Shown: in pieces, positions 28,207 through 39,368 of the stretch | Layout: every line of letters begins with the position of its first letter | Numbering within the stretch: position 1 is the first letter of the stretch | Assembly: GCA_963771355.1 (NCBI GenBank) | Contig: CAVYTA010000006.1 | Coordinates: forward strand, 832,001-896,000 | Reading direction: 5' to 3' | Length of the DNA stretch: 64,000 nt | Source: an uncultured Candidatus Rokubacteria bacterium | GTDB lineage: Bacteria; Methylomirabilota; Methylomirabilia; Rokubacteriales; CSP1-6 | Position numbers and translations under genes: made by a program | Notes under the pieces: generated by a model | Database searches by the model: none | What the model saw: the letters and a program-made list of their open reading frames with translations, nothing else | Told to the model about the DNA's origin: nothing

Positions 28207-29445
28207 ATGGCCGACAGCGCCGTCCTGCCGCTCGAGGGCGTTCGCGTTCTCGAACTCGCCCATCTGATCGCCGGACCCGTCTGCGGGATGTACCTGGCGG
28301 ACATGGGGGCCGACGTGATCAAGGTGGAGTCCCGCGACGCGCCCGACGCGGGGCGAGACATCTACCGGCTCTATCGGGGCGGGGAAGGCGTGCTCCACCT
28401 CACCGTGAACCGGAACAAGCGTGGGCTCGGCGTGGACCTGCGAAGCGAGGGAGGACGTGCCGTGTTCCGCCGGCTCGCCGCCGGCGCGGACGTGGTGATC
28501 GAGGCCTATCGAGGCGGGGTGGCGGAGCGGCTGGGCATCGACTGGGACTCGCTGGCCCCCCTCAACCCGCGCCTCATCTACTGCTCGATCTCGGCGTTCG
28601 GGCCTCGGGGGCCCTGGCGCGAGAAGCCCGGCCTCGACTCCCTGGCCCAGGCCCTGGGGGGATTCATGGCCATCACCGGCGAGCGCGACGGCGGCCCGGT
28701 CCTCGGGGGAGCGCCGGTGGCGGACACCCTCGGCGCGCTCCTGGCCATCCAGGGCATTCTCACCGCGCTCATCGCGCGGGGGCGAACCGGACTCGGACAG
28801 CGCGTGGACGCCTCCCTCATCGACGGCATGTTGCTTGCCCATACCGCGCGGCTGAGCGTCTTCCACGAGACCGGGCAGTCACCGGGGCGGTGGGGGAGCG
28901 GGCACCCGGAGATCACGCCGTATCGCGCCTTCGCGGCCAAGGATGCCTGGCTCTTCGTCGCGGTGTGGGTGGACCGGCTCTGGCGGCCCTTCTGCGAGGC
29001 CATCGGGCGGCCGGTCCTCGCCGACGATCCGCGCTTCGCCGCGCGCACCGACCGCCTCAAGCACCGCGCCGCGCTCGACGAGATCCTGGCGGACGTGTTC
29101 CGCGAGCGGACGGTGTCGGAATGGATGGACGTCCTCGAGCGCGCGGACGTGCTCTGCGCACCCGTCAACGACTACGCGCACCTCGTGCGCCACCCGCAAG
29201 TGATGGCCTCGGGAATGATCGTGGAGCAGGATCATCCGCGGGCGGGACGCTTCAAGACCATTGCCACGCCGGTGAAGCTGGGCGCCACGCCGGGCACCAT
29301 CCGGACCCCAGCCCCCGCGCTGGGCGAGCACACACGGGAGATTCTCTCCGAGGCGGGCCTCACCGCGGACGAGATCGATGCGCTCGCGGCATCGGGGACG
29401 ATCCACATCACTCAAGGAGACGCGGTCCATGATCCTACAGGATAA
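28207..29445 (+). CDS. CaiB/BaiF family III CoA-transferase
   Basis: IAGP..LADMGADVIKVE, NRNKR and APALGEHT motifs. Confidence 0.92.
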   Translation: MADSAVLPLEGVRVLELAHLIAGPVCGMYLADMGADVIKVESRDAPDAGRDIYRLYRGGEGVLHLTVNRNKRGLGVDLRSEGGRAVFRRLAAGADVVIEAYRGGVAERLGIDWDSLAPLNPRLIYCSISAFGPRGPWREKPGLDSLAQALGGFMAITGERDGGPVLGGAPVADTLGALLAIQGILTALIARGRTGLGQRVDASLIDGMLLAHTARLSVFHETGQSPGRWGSGHPEITPYRAFAAKDAWLFVAVWVDRLWRPFCEAIGRPVLADDPRFAARTDRLKHRAALDEILADVFRERTVSEWMDVLERADVLCAPVNDYAHLVRHPQVMASGMIVEQDHPRAGRFKTIATPVKLGATPGTIRTPAPALGEHTREILSEAGLTADEIDALAASGTIHITQGDAVHDPTG

Positions 29446-30340
29446 GGTCGTGGTGGTGACGGGCGCGGCGCGTGGAATCGGCCGGGAGATCGCGCTCCTC
29501 ATGGCGCGACACGGCGCGGCGGTGGTGGTGAACGACTATGGCGGGGCCGCCGACGGGGTGGGCGGGGCGTCGGCCCCCGCCGACGAGGTAGTGGGCGAGA
29601 TCAAGAATCTGGGCGGGCGTGCCGCCGCCTCCTACGACTCGGTGGCGTCGTTCGACGGGGGGAAGCGCATCGTCCAGGCCGCGCTGGACAGCTTCGGGAC
29701 GGTAGACGTGGTGGTGAACAACGCCGGCATCCTCCGGGACCGCATGATCTTCAACATGACCGAGGAGGAGTGGGACGGCGTCATCAACACTCACCTCAAG
29801 GGCTGCTTCGCGGTGACGCGCGCCGCCGTGCCCCACATGCGCGAGAAGAAGTGGGGGCGCGTCATCAACATGACCTCCACCTCCGGGCTGGTGGGCAATA
29901 TCGGCCAGGCCAACTACGCGGCGGCCAAGCTCGGCATCGTGGGCTTCACCAAGGTGGTCGCGCTGGACATGGCCCGCTACAACGTCACCGCGAACTGCAT
30001 CTCGCCCTTTGCGTGGACCCGCATGATCGGGACCATCCCCACCGAGACCGAGTCCCAGAAGGCGCGCGTGGAGAAGATCAAGAAGATGGGGCCGGAGCAC
30101 ATCGCGCCGGTGGCGGTGTTCCTCGCCTCCGAGGCGGCCAAGGAAGTCACCGGCCAGGTGATCGGCGTGCGGGGCAAGGAGATCATGATCTTCTCCCACA
30201 TGCGTCCCATGATGCGCGTTCACAACGACCTGGGCTGGACGCCCGAGCGCCTGGCCGAGATGTTCCCGGGCACGCTGCGTCACCACCTGGCGCCACTCGA
30301 CACCTCCGGGCAGTACTTCAACTACGACCCGATGGTCTAG
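29429..30340 (+). CDS. SDR (3-hydroxyacyl-CoA dehydrogenase/MFE-2-like)
   Basis: TGAARGIG, NNAGILRD and NYAAAK motifs. Confidence 0.9.
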   Translation: MILQDKVVVVTGAARGIGREIALLMARHGAAVVVNDYGGAADGVGGASAPADEVVGEIKNLGGRAAASYDSVASFDGGKRIVQAALDSFGTVDVVVNNAGILRDRMIFNMTEEEWDGVINTHLKGCFAVTRAAVPHMREKKWGRVINMTSTSGLVGNIGQANYAAAKLGIVGFTKVVALDMARYNVTANCISPFAWTRMIGTIPTETESQKARVEKIKKMGPEHIAPVAVFLASEAAKEVTGQVIGVRGKEIMIFSHMRPMMRVHNDLGWTPERLAEMFPGTLRHHLAPLDTSGQYFNYDPMV

Positions 30341-30407
30341 GGCCGCAGTGACCGTGCGCGTGGGTCGCGGCCGCGCTCGTGTCTCGAGCACTGCGCGCGT
30401 ATCGGCG

Positions 30408-31754
30408 ATGGTGGCCGGAGCGCTGCTCGCCCTGGCGGCGGCGGGGGCGGCGCGCGCGGCCGATCCCCCGCTCCTCGTGACCCTGGGCGAGGTCACCGAC
30501 GCCTCCGCCGTGCTCTGGGCTCGCGCGCCCGCGACGGGTCGAGTGGCGGCGCGATACGCGCCGAGCGCCGGCGAGGAGAGCGCGGAGCCGCAGCTCGTCG
30601 AGGCCGAGGCGGAGCCGGCGCGCGATCAAACCGTGAAGCTCCGGCTGGAGTCTCTTCGAGCCGGCACGCGGTATCGCTACACGGTCTCCCAGGGGACGGC
30701 GGTGGTGGAGGGCGAGTTCGTGAGCGCGCCCGCGCCGGGAAGCGCGGCGCCGGTACGGCTGAGCTGGAGCGGAGACCTCGGGAGCCGGAGCCATTGCCGG
30801 CATGCGACCGCCGGCTACCCGATCTTCCGCGCGCTGGCCCAGCACCGCCCGGACTTCTTCCTCTTCGTGGGGGACACCATCTACGCCGATCAGATCTGCG
30901 CCGGCGCGGACCGCAAGCCGGGCGCTGATTTCCGCGCCAGCACCCTGCCGGAGTTCTGGGCCAAGCACCGCTACAATCGGGCCGACCCTGGCGTCCAGGC
31001 CTTCTTTCGCCAGACCGCCGTCTACGCGATCTGGGACGACCACGACGTGCGCAACGACTTCGCCGGCCCCAGCGAGCCGCTCATGCCGGTGGGGCGGCAG
31101 GCGTTCCTCGACTACTTCCCCATCGTCCCGCCGGCGGAGGAGGCGGGGCGCCTGTATCGCCGCATCCGCTGGGGCAGCGTGCTGGAGGTCTTCATCCTGG
31201 ATACGCGGCAGTACCGGAGCCGCAACACCGACCTGGACGGGCCGAACAAGACCATGCTCGGGGCCGAGCAGAAGCGGTGGCTGCTCGCGGCGGTGACCGG
31301 CTCGACCGCCACCTGGAAGGTGGTGGTGACGAGCGTGCCGCTCTCCATTCCCACCGGTCGCCCGGTGCGGGACTCATGGACCAATGCCAACTTCTTCGGC
31401 TTCCCGGAGCCGGGAGCCGGCTTCGCCTTCGAGCGGGACGCCGTGCTCGAGGCCTTCCGGCGCGCGGGGGTCCGGAACCTGGTCTTCCTCACCGCCGACG
31501 CCCATCACGCCGAGATCCTGCGGCATCAGCCCTCCGAGACCTGGACTTTCCACGAGTTCGCGGCGGGGCCGCTCGCCGCCTTTCACGGGCTCTCCCGGCC
31601 GGTGGACCAGGGTCTGAACCCGCAGACGCTCTTCGCGCTGGGCGGCATCGAGAACTTCGGCATGGTCGAGGCGGACGCCGACGACCTCACGGTGCGTATC
31701 ATCGACGTCAACGGCACCGTGCGCTTTCTCCACACCATCCGCTCGTCACGCTGA
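30408..31754 (+). CDS. phoD: alkaline phosphatase D family protein
   Basis: GDTIYAD, WDDHD, LDTRQYR, MLGAEQ and TADAH motifs; start uncertain (30348 or 30408). Confidence 0.85.
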   Translation: MVAGALLALAAAGAARAADPPLLVTLGEVTDASAVLWARAPATGRVAARYAPSAGEESAEPQLVEAEAEPARDQTVKLRLESLRAGTRYRYTVSQGTAVVEGEFVSAPAPGSAAPVRLSWSGDLGSRSHCRHATAGYPIFRALAQHRPDFFLFVGDTIYADQICAGADRKPGADFRASTLPEFWAKHRYNRADPGVQAFFRQTAVYAIWDDHDVRNDFAGPSEPLMPVGRQAFLDYFPIVPPAEEAGRLYRRIRWGSVLEVFILDTRQYRSRNTDLDGPNKTMLGAEQKRWLLAAVTGSTATWKVVVTSVPLSIPTGRPVRDSWTNANFFGFPEPGAGFAFERDAVLEAFRRAGVRNLVFLTADAHHAEILRHQPSETWTFHEFAAGPLAAFHGLSRPVDQGLNPQTLFALGGIENFGMVEADADDLTVRIIDVNGTVRFLHTIRSSR

Positions 31755-33767
31755 CTCGACCCGTCGTCCGAGCAGCAGGACGACCAGGGCGGCCAGGCTC
31801 GCGAATGCGCCGGCCCATTCCGCCAGCCCCGGCCGGTGATGCAGCGCCAGCTCCCCGCCCGCTCCCCTCGGCAGCTCCACCTCGAGCAGGCCCAGCTCGC
31901 CCTGCCGCGTCGCCACGCTCCCGGTGGGTGTCCGAGCCCGCCACAGCGGCGACCAGGCCATCCCCGTGGAGACCCAGCCGCCTTCCGGGCTCGAGATGAA
32001 GGCGACGTAGCGGTCGGGGCCGACCTTCTCGGGCAGGGGACGAGGCACAGCGCTGGTGAACACCAGGAACGGCCCCACCCGTGCGGGGACACCCCACTGC
32101 GGATCCGAGGTCAGGAAGCCAAGGTTCGGCATGTCCTCGTCCAGCGCCACCACCGTGGACACGCGCAGCCGCACGGCCAGACGCGAGAACTCATCCGGCC
32201 GCTGGCGCGGGAGCTCCCGCCCGAACACGCTCACGCCGTCGAGGCGCTCCGCCAGCGTGCGAATGGGCGCGGTCAGGGCGGCGGGCCCATCGGCCAGGCC
32301 ACGGTAGAAGACACCCGCCACCGGCGACGGATGGGTGAAGGTGCCGCCGACCATGTCGCGCCCCGCCACCACCGGGGTGAGGCTCGTGAGGTGGGAATGC
32401 GCCCGCCACCAGTCACGGCCGAACTCGAGCGGCACGCTCGAGCGCAGGAAGAGGACCCGACCCGCGGGCGCCCGCCCGAGCGCGTCCCACAGGGCCTCCA
32501 TCCGGTTGCCGCGTATGATCTCCTGCGACGTCGGCCAGTCTCGCGGCCGCGGCCACAGCGAGAGCGAGGGCTCGTGCGAGCCGGGCGGCGCGCCGGCGAG
32601 GAAGACGCCCGGCGCGAGCCCCAGTACCACCGCGATCCCCGCTGCGGCCCACGGCGGATTCCACTGATAGCGCGCGATACCCGCCCGCACGAGCCACGCG
32701 ACCGCGGCGGAGCCCCCCAGGATCAGGGCGAGCAGGCACGCGTCCACGAGCCGGTCGGCGGGAAGCCAGAGCACGCCCGCATGCTCACCCAGGACGGCAT
32801 CCACCACCGTCACGAGGAGGAGCGCGGGAACCAGAACCTGCAGCCAGAGGAGCCGTCGCGGCGGACGGGAGCCGAGCGCCAGGCCCACTCCGCCGGCGAG
32901 ATTGACGGCAAGTAGGACCAGTAGCAGCGGGCGCCGTGCGACGCCCCCAATGAGCGCGGAGGGCGACGCATCGCCCCAGGCCAGCGGCAGGGCCATGGGC
33001 GGCCCCACCGCGAGATGCGCCGTGAGCGGCAGGAGCCAGAACCCGGCGATCCCGAGCCCCACGCCGGCGACGAGCACGGCGGCGCGCCACCAGGCGCGCC
33101 ACCCGCCCGGAGCGCAGACGCCCGCCAGGAGCACCAGCGCGAGTGCGGCCGGCAGGTGGGCGGGGTGCGCCAGGATCACGGCGGCCACCAGCAGCGTCGG
33201 CCGGGCTTGGGGCCGGCCCGTGGCCTCCAGCCACGGCAGCAACGAGAGCGCGAGCAGCGGCAGGAGGCCCCAGCCCAGCCGCGCCGCCACCAGGCCCCAG
33301 CGCAAGCCTTCCTCGATTCCGCTGCGCGACTCCGCCGAGATGGTCAGCGCGAGGAAGGCGCCGGGCAGCGCGAGCCAGCCATGGCCGAGCACCCGGCAGA
33401 GCAGCATGTAGGTGCTCGCGCCCGGCAGCAGGAACACGAGCCAGACGAGGCCGAGGTAGATCGCGCCTGGGCTCAGGGCGGCGAGCGCCGCGTGATGGAC
33501 GAGCGCCCCCAGATAGAAGAAGCCCGGAGGATAGTACTGTAGCTCCGGATAGCCCGCCCACCAGCCGGCGTTCCAGTGCCAGGGGGCTGGACCGAGGGTG
33601 ATGGCGTGAATGAGACGGTAGAGCTGCCCGGGATGGTCGTCGCCACCGGGGACGCCTCGACCCAGCGCCGTCCATCCCCATGCGACGGCGTAGGTGGCGA
33701 GCACGATCGCCGGCACGAGCAGACGGAAGACCACGGTTGAGCGCGATGATACCAGCGGCTGTCGCAT
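31746..33767 (-). CDS. polytopic membrane protein, GT-C/YfhO-like
   Basis: DDHPGQ and WNAGWWAGYPELQYYPP N-terminal loop followed by many TM segments; start uncertain. Confidence 0.65.
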   Translation of the reverse strand: MRQPLVSSRSTVVFRLLVPAIVLATYAVAWGWTALGRGVPGGDDHPGQLYRLIHAITLGPAPWHWNAGWWAGYPELQYYPPGFFYLGALVHHAALAALSPGAIYLGLVWLVFLLPGASTYMLLCRVLGHGWLALPGAFLALTISAESRSGIEEGLRWGLVAARLGWGLLPLLALSLLPWLEATGRPQARPTLLVAAVILAHPAHLPAALALVLLAGVCAPGGWRAWWRAAVLVAGVGLGIAGFWLLPLTAHLAVGPPMALPLAWGDASPSALIGGVARRPLLLVLLAVNLAGGVGLALGSRPPRRLLWLQVLVPALLLVTVVDAVLGEHAGVLWLPADRLVDACLLALILGGSAAVAWLVRAGIARYQWNPPWAAAGIAVVLGLAPGVFLAGAPPGSHEPSLSLWPRPRDWPTSQEIIRGNRMEALWDALGRAPAGRVLFLRSSVPLEFGRDWWRAHSHLTSLTPVVAGRDMVGGTFTHPSPVAGVFYRGLADGPAALTAPIRTLAERLDGVSVFGRELPRQRPDEFSRLAVRLRVSTVVALDEDMPNLGFLTSDPQWGVPARVGPFLVFTSAVPRPLPEKVGPDRYVAFISSPEGGWVSTGMAWSPLWRARTPTGSVATRQGELGLLEVELPRGAGGELALHHRPGLAEWAGAFASLAALVVLLLGRRVESA

Positions 33768-33799
33768 TGACATTCGTTTCTTGGGAGTGTTAAGTATTC

Positions 33800-33883
33800 G
33801 AAATCGTAGCGCAGGGATCGGTGATCGCGGCAGCGGCCATGCCGCGATCGTGCAGCTACTTTCGGGGCTCAAATCCCCTACCG

Positions 33884-33892
<9 letters not shown>
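33800..33892 (+). ncRNA. structured 5' leader, candidate riboswitch
   Basis: Nested stems GTAGC/GCTAC and GATCGCGGCA/TGCCGCGATC; ATCGGT 33817-22 can pair with ACCGAT 33880-85 next to the SD; TTGACA at 33767. Confidence 0.4.
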
Positions 33893-35154
<1,262 letters not shown>

Positions 35155-35155
<1 letters not shown>

Positions 35156-35433
35156 TGGGTGTGCCCGTCCGCATTCCGACGCCGCTCCGCAGCGTGACCA
35201 AGGGGGCCGCCGAGGTCCAGGCCGCCGGCGACACCGTGTCCGCCGTCATCGAGGATCTCGAGCGCCAGTTCCCCGGGCTGCGCGATCGGCTCGTCGACGA
35301 GGGGGGCGAGCTGCGGCGCTTCATCAATATCTACGTCAACGAGGAGGACATTCGCTTCCTCGAGGGCGCCAAGACCACGCTGAAGCCCGGTGACTCCGTC
35401 TCCATCGTGCCCGCGATCGCGGGGGGCCGGTAG
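35155..35433 (+). CDS. MoaD/ThiS/CysO-like ubiquitin-fold sulfur carrier
   Basis: RIPTPLR, FINIYVNEEDIR and PAIAGG-R C-terminus. Confidence 0.9.
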
Positions 35434-35441
35434 GACAGGCC

Positions 35442-35693
35442 ATGTGGGCCCTGGCGCGGATGCGGCTGCGGCTCACCGTTCCGGCCGAGCTCGTCCAGAA
35501 GCCCCTCCTCTATCATCTGGTCAAGGACTTCGACCTCGTGCCCAATGTTCGCCGCGCGGACGTGGGAGCCGACCACGGCTGGGTCGTCCTCGAGCTGGAG
35601 GGCGCCGAGGACCGCCTGCAGCGGGGCCTGGCCTGGCTCGAGGAGCAGGGCGTGACGGTGGACCCCATCGAGCGGGACGTGGTGCTCCCGTGA
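35442..35693 (+). CDS. NIL domain protein
   Basis: PLLYHLVKDFDLVPNVRRADV..GWVVLELEG..GV.V pattern. Confidence 0.8.
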   Translation: MWALARMRLRLTVPAELVQKPLLYHLVKDFDLVPNVRRADVGADHGWVVLELEGAEDRLQRGLAWLEEQGVTVDPIERDVVLP

Positions 35694-35706
35694 TCCGGAA
35701 CGCGTC

Positions 35707-36876
35707 ATGATCGGGATCTCCCAGCGGGTGCAGGGGTTCACGGAATCCGTCATCCGTGAGATGACGCGCGTGAACAACCAGTACGACGGCATCAACCTCG
35801 CCCAGGGGATGCCCAACTTCCCGCCGCCCCGCGAGCTGGTGGAGGCGGCGCACCGGGCCCTGGACGGCGACTTCCATCAGTACGCGATCACCTGGGGGGC
35901 GCCACGACTCCGACGCGCCATCGCCGCGAAGTACCAGCGGTTCTACGGGATGACGGTGGACCCGGAGCGCCATGTCACCGTCTGCTGCGGGTCCACCGAG
36001 ACCATGCTCGCCACCCTGCTCGCCGTGCTCAACCCCGGCGACGAGGTGATCATCTTCGAGCCCTTCTACGAGAACTACGGGCCGGGGTGCATCATCGCCG
36101 GCGCCGTCCCCATCTGGGTGCCGCTGGAGCCGCCCGACTTCGGCTTCGATCCCGACCGGCTCGCCCGCGCCGTCACGCCCCGCACCCGCGCCATCGTCTT
36201 CAACAGCCCCAACAATCCCTCAGGGAAAGTCTTCTCCCGGGCGGAGCTCGGGCAGATCGCGGACCTCTGCCTCAAGCACGATCTCCTGGCCATCACCGAC
36301 GAGATCTACGAGCACATCGTCTACGACGGCGCCGGGCACACCCCCATCGCGACCCTGCCCGGCATGGCCGACCGGACGATCACCATCTCGGGGATCTCGA
36401 AGTCCTACTCGGTGACGGGCTGGCGCGTCGGATATGCCATCGCGAGCCCGGAGCTGTCGCTGGGCATCCGCCGCGCGCACGATTTCATCACCGTGGGCGC
36501 GCCGCACCCCCTCCAGGAGGCCGCCGTCACCGCGCTGGAGTTCCCGGACACGTACTACACCTATCTCCGGGAGAGCTATCAGGCACGCCGCGATCTCCTC
36601 TTCGAGCAGGTGGAGGCGGCCGGGTTCATCGCCTGGAAGCCGCGGGGGGCGTATTACATCCTGACCGACGCCGCCCACTTCATGAAGCGTTACGACTGCG
36701 GGGACGACACCGCCTTCGCCATGCACCTCATCAAGGCGATCGGCGTCGCCACCGTCCCCGGCTCGTCCTTCTATGCCCACGGCGAGCTGGGCCGGACCAA
36801 GATCCGCTTCTGCTTCCCCAAGACGGACGACATGCTCATCGAGGCGGGCCGCCGGCTCCAAAAGCTCGCGCGGTGA
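35707..36876 (+). CDS. class I/II PLP aminotransferase (YbdL-like)
   Basis: INLAQG, NSPNNPSG, DEIY and SKSYSVTGWRVG motifs. Confidence 0.92.
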   Translation: MIGISQRVQGFTESVIREMTRVNNQYDGINLAQGMPNFPPPRELVEAAHRALDGDFHQYAITWGAPRLRRAIAAKYQRFYGMTVDPERHVTVCCGSTETMLATLLAVLNPGDEVIIFEPFYENYGPGCIIAGAVPIWVPLEPPDFGFDPDRLARAVTPRTRAIVFNSPNNPSGKVFSRAELGQIADLCLKHDLLAITDEIYEHIVYDGAGHTPIATLPGMADRTITISGISKSYSVTGWRVGYAIASPELSLGIRRAHDFITVGAPHPLQEAAVTALEFPDTYYTYLRESYQARRDLLFEQVEAAGFIAWKPRGAYYILTDAAHFMKRYDCGDDTAFAMHLIKAIGVATVPGSSFYAHGELGRTKIRFCFPKTDDMLIEAGRRLQKLAR

Positions 36877-38186
36877 CCCCGCGCGATGCGGCCCGCGCGG
36901 TCTTCGACGCCGCGCTCCGGGCCGGTGACGTCGGGCCCCTCGTCCACCGGGCGCTCGAAGGACTCGACCAATCCCCGCGCGGCCGGGTGCTCGTGGTCGG
37001 GGCGGGCAAGGCGTCGGGCGCCATGGCCGCGGCGGCCGAGGAGGCGCTGGGCGACCGCGTGGCCGATGGCGTGGTGGCGGTCAAGGATGGACATCTCGCG
37101 CCGACGCGCCGGGTGCGGCTGCTCGAGGCCGGACATCCCGTCCCGGACCGGCGCGGCGCCGAGGCGGCGCGCGCCATTCGCGATCTGGCCTCGACCGCGT
37201 CCGCGGACGACCTGGTGCTCGTCCTCGTCTCCGGCGGAGGCTCGGCGCTCACCCCCGCGCCGGCGCCGCCGATCACCCTGGAAGAGAAGCAGTCCCTTAC
37301 CCGGCTGCTCCTGCGCGCCGGGGCCAATATCAATCAGCTCAACGCGGTGCGGAAGCACTGCTCCACGCTCAAGGGCGGCCAGCTCGCCCGTGCGGCGGCT
37401 CCCGCCCGGGTCCAGGCCTTGCTCCTCTCCGACGTCATCGGCGATGCCCTCGACGTGATCGCCTCCGGCCCCACCGCTCCCGACGCCTCGACCTTCGCGG
37501 AGGCCATGGGGATCCTGGCCCGCTTCGACATCCGGGATCAGGTTGCCCCGTCCATCGTGGCCCGCCTCCAGCAGGGGATGCTAGGGGCGATTCCCGAGAC
37601 GCCCAAGCCGGGCGACCCGCTCTTCGAGCGCGTCGGCAACCTCGTCATCGGCAACAACGCCCTGGTGGTGGACGCGGCGGCGGCCGCCGCCCGGGAGCTG
37701 GGACTCGTTCCGCATGTCCTCACGCGGTCACTCGAGGGCGAGGCGCGGGAAGTGGGCCGGCGCTTCGCGGCCATGGCGCGCGACATCCGGGAGGGGCGCG
37801 GCCCCGTGGCGCCCCCGTGCTGTGTGATCGCGGGCGGAGAGACCACGGTGACCGTGCGCGGCCAGGGCAGTGGCGGCCGCTGTCAGGAGCTCGCCCTCGC
37901 CGCGGCCATCGAGCTGGAGGGCGTGCCCGGCGTGGTCGTGCTCGCGGCGGGAACCGATGGCAGCGATGGGCCCACCACCGCGGCGGGAGGCGTCGGCGAC
38001 GGCAGGAGCGTGAGACGGGCGCGCGCCGCCGGAGTGGACCTTTCGGCTCACCTGGCCGACAACAGCTCTCATGCGGCACTCGAGGCGCTCGGCGATCTCC
38101 TCGTCACCGGCCCGACCAACACGAACCTTCTCGACCTCTATCTGATCGTCGTGCTCGACGGGCCCTCGCCCGACTGCCTTCCCTGA
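36873..38186 (+). CDS. glycerate 2-kinase (MOFRL family)
   Basis: GAGKA, SGGGSAL, KGGQLA, GGETTV, GTDGSDG and TGPTNTN motifs. Confidence 0.9.
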   Translation: MTPRDAARAVFDAALRAGDVGPLVHRALEGLDQSPRGRVLVVGAGKASGAMAAAAEEALGDRVADGVVAVKDGHLAPTRRVRLLEAGHPVPDRRGAEAARAIRDLASTASADDLVLVLVSGGGSALTPAPAPPITLEEKQSLTRLLLRAGANINQLNAVRKHCSTLKGGQLARAAAPARVQALLLSDVIGDALDVIASGPTAPDASTFAEAMGILARFDIRDQVAPSIVARLQQGMLGAIPETPKPGDPLFERVGNLVIGNNALVVDAAAAAARELGLVPHVLTRSLEGEAREVGRRFAAMARDIREGRGPVAPPCCVIAGGETTVTVRGQGSGGRCQELALAAAIELEGVPGVVVLAAGTDGSDGPTTAAGGVGDGRSVRRARAAGVDLSAHLADNSSHAALEALGDLLVTGPTNTNLLDLYLIVVLDGPSPDCLP

Positions 38187-38333
38187 AGGCGAAGTGCTCT
38201 TAGTGCGCGAGATTCCATCATGGGGGAGGAATGACCCACCGGGTTATCCACCAACGACTCACAGGATCAGTGGACAAACGGGCACTCCGCCGCGGCCGGA
38301 CTGCCCAATGCGCTGTGCTATCCTAACGCGCGT

Positions 38334-39368
38334 ATGTCGCGAGGAAATTTCCTTGATCTCCTCCCCGCCGAGCTCGAAGCACTGGCCGAGTCACTGGGCG
38401 CGCCCGGCTATCGAGGACGGCAGATCGCGTCCTGGATCTATGGCAAGGGCGTGCTGGACCCGCGCGCCATGTCAGACCTGCCGCGTGAGTTCCGTGATGC
38501 CCTCGCGGAGCGGGGCGAGGCGGTGCTCCCGCAGCTCGAGCGCGCCACCCCCTCCCAGGACGGCAGCGAGAAGCTGGTCTTCCGTCTGGCCGATGGGGGA
38601 CGCATCCAGTCCGTGCTCATGCCCGACGAGGACCGGCTGACCCTCTGCCTCTCCACCCAGGTCGGCTGCGGCTTCGGCTGCACCTTCTGCTTCACCGGGA
38701 CCATGGGGCTGGGCCGCGACCTGACGGTCGGGGAGATCGTGGGCCAGGTGCTGGCCGCGCGGGCCCGGCTCGCCGCGGGGGCCCGCATCACCCACGTGGT
38801 GTACATGGGCATGGGCGAGCCGCTCGCCAACTACGCCGCCACCGTGAAGTCCCTTCGCATCCTCACCGATCCGCGCGGCGTCGGGCTGTCCCCGCGGCGG
38901 ATCACGGTGTCCACGGTGGGGCTGGCGGCGGGGATCGAGAAGCTCGCCAAGGAGGACCTGCGGGTCAATCTGGCCATCTCGCTCCACGCCACCACCAACG
39001 AGACGCGCGACCGGCTGATGCCCGTGAACCGCGGCTTCCCCATCGAGGCGCTGCTGGCCGCCTGCAAGCGCTTCCCCCTGCCGATGCGGCAGCGCATGAC
39101 CTTCGAGTACGTGCTGCTCGACGGGGTCAACGACTCGCCCCAGGACGCCAAGCGCCTGCTCAAGCTCCTCAAGGGCATCCGGGCCAAGGTGAACCTCATT
39201 CCGTTCAATGACTGGGAGGGCTCGGATTTCGCCCGGCCCCCGCTGGCGCACATCCTGAGCTTCCAGGCCATCCTGCTCGAGAACGGGATCACCGCCACCG
39301 TGCGCTGGAGCAAGGGCGAGGACATCGGAGCCGCCTGCGGCCAGCTCAACGAGCGGGTTGCGGGGTGA
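38334..39368 (+). CDS. rlmN: 23S rRNA/tRNA A C2-methyltransferase
   Basis: CLSTQVGCGFGCTFCFTG, MGMGEP, ISLHA and AACGQL motifs. Confidence 0.95.
   Translation: MSRGNFLDLLPAELEALAESLGAPGYRGRQIASWIYGKGVLDPRAMSDLPREFRDALAERGEAVLPQLERATPSQDGSEKLVFRLADGGRIQSVLMPDEDRLTLCLSTQVGCGFGCTFCFTGTMGLGRDLTVGEIVGQVLAARARLAAGARITHVVYMGMGEPLANYAATVKSLRILTDPRGVGLSPRRITVSTVGLAAGIEKLAKEDLRVNLAISLHATTNETRDRLMPVNRGFPIEALLAACKRFPLPMRQRMTFEYVLLDGVNDSPQDAKRLLKLLKGIRAKVNLIPFNDWEGSDFARPPLAHILSFQAILLENGITATVRWSKGEDIGAACGQLNERVAG

Noticed and set aside
26218..28866. Very long antisense or alternative-frame ORFs (also 38831-40726, 40597-43059, 55661-57331 and others)
   Set aside because: Shadow ORFs expected in high-GC DNA; they overlap well-supported genes and carry no recognisable motifs.
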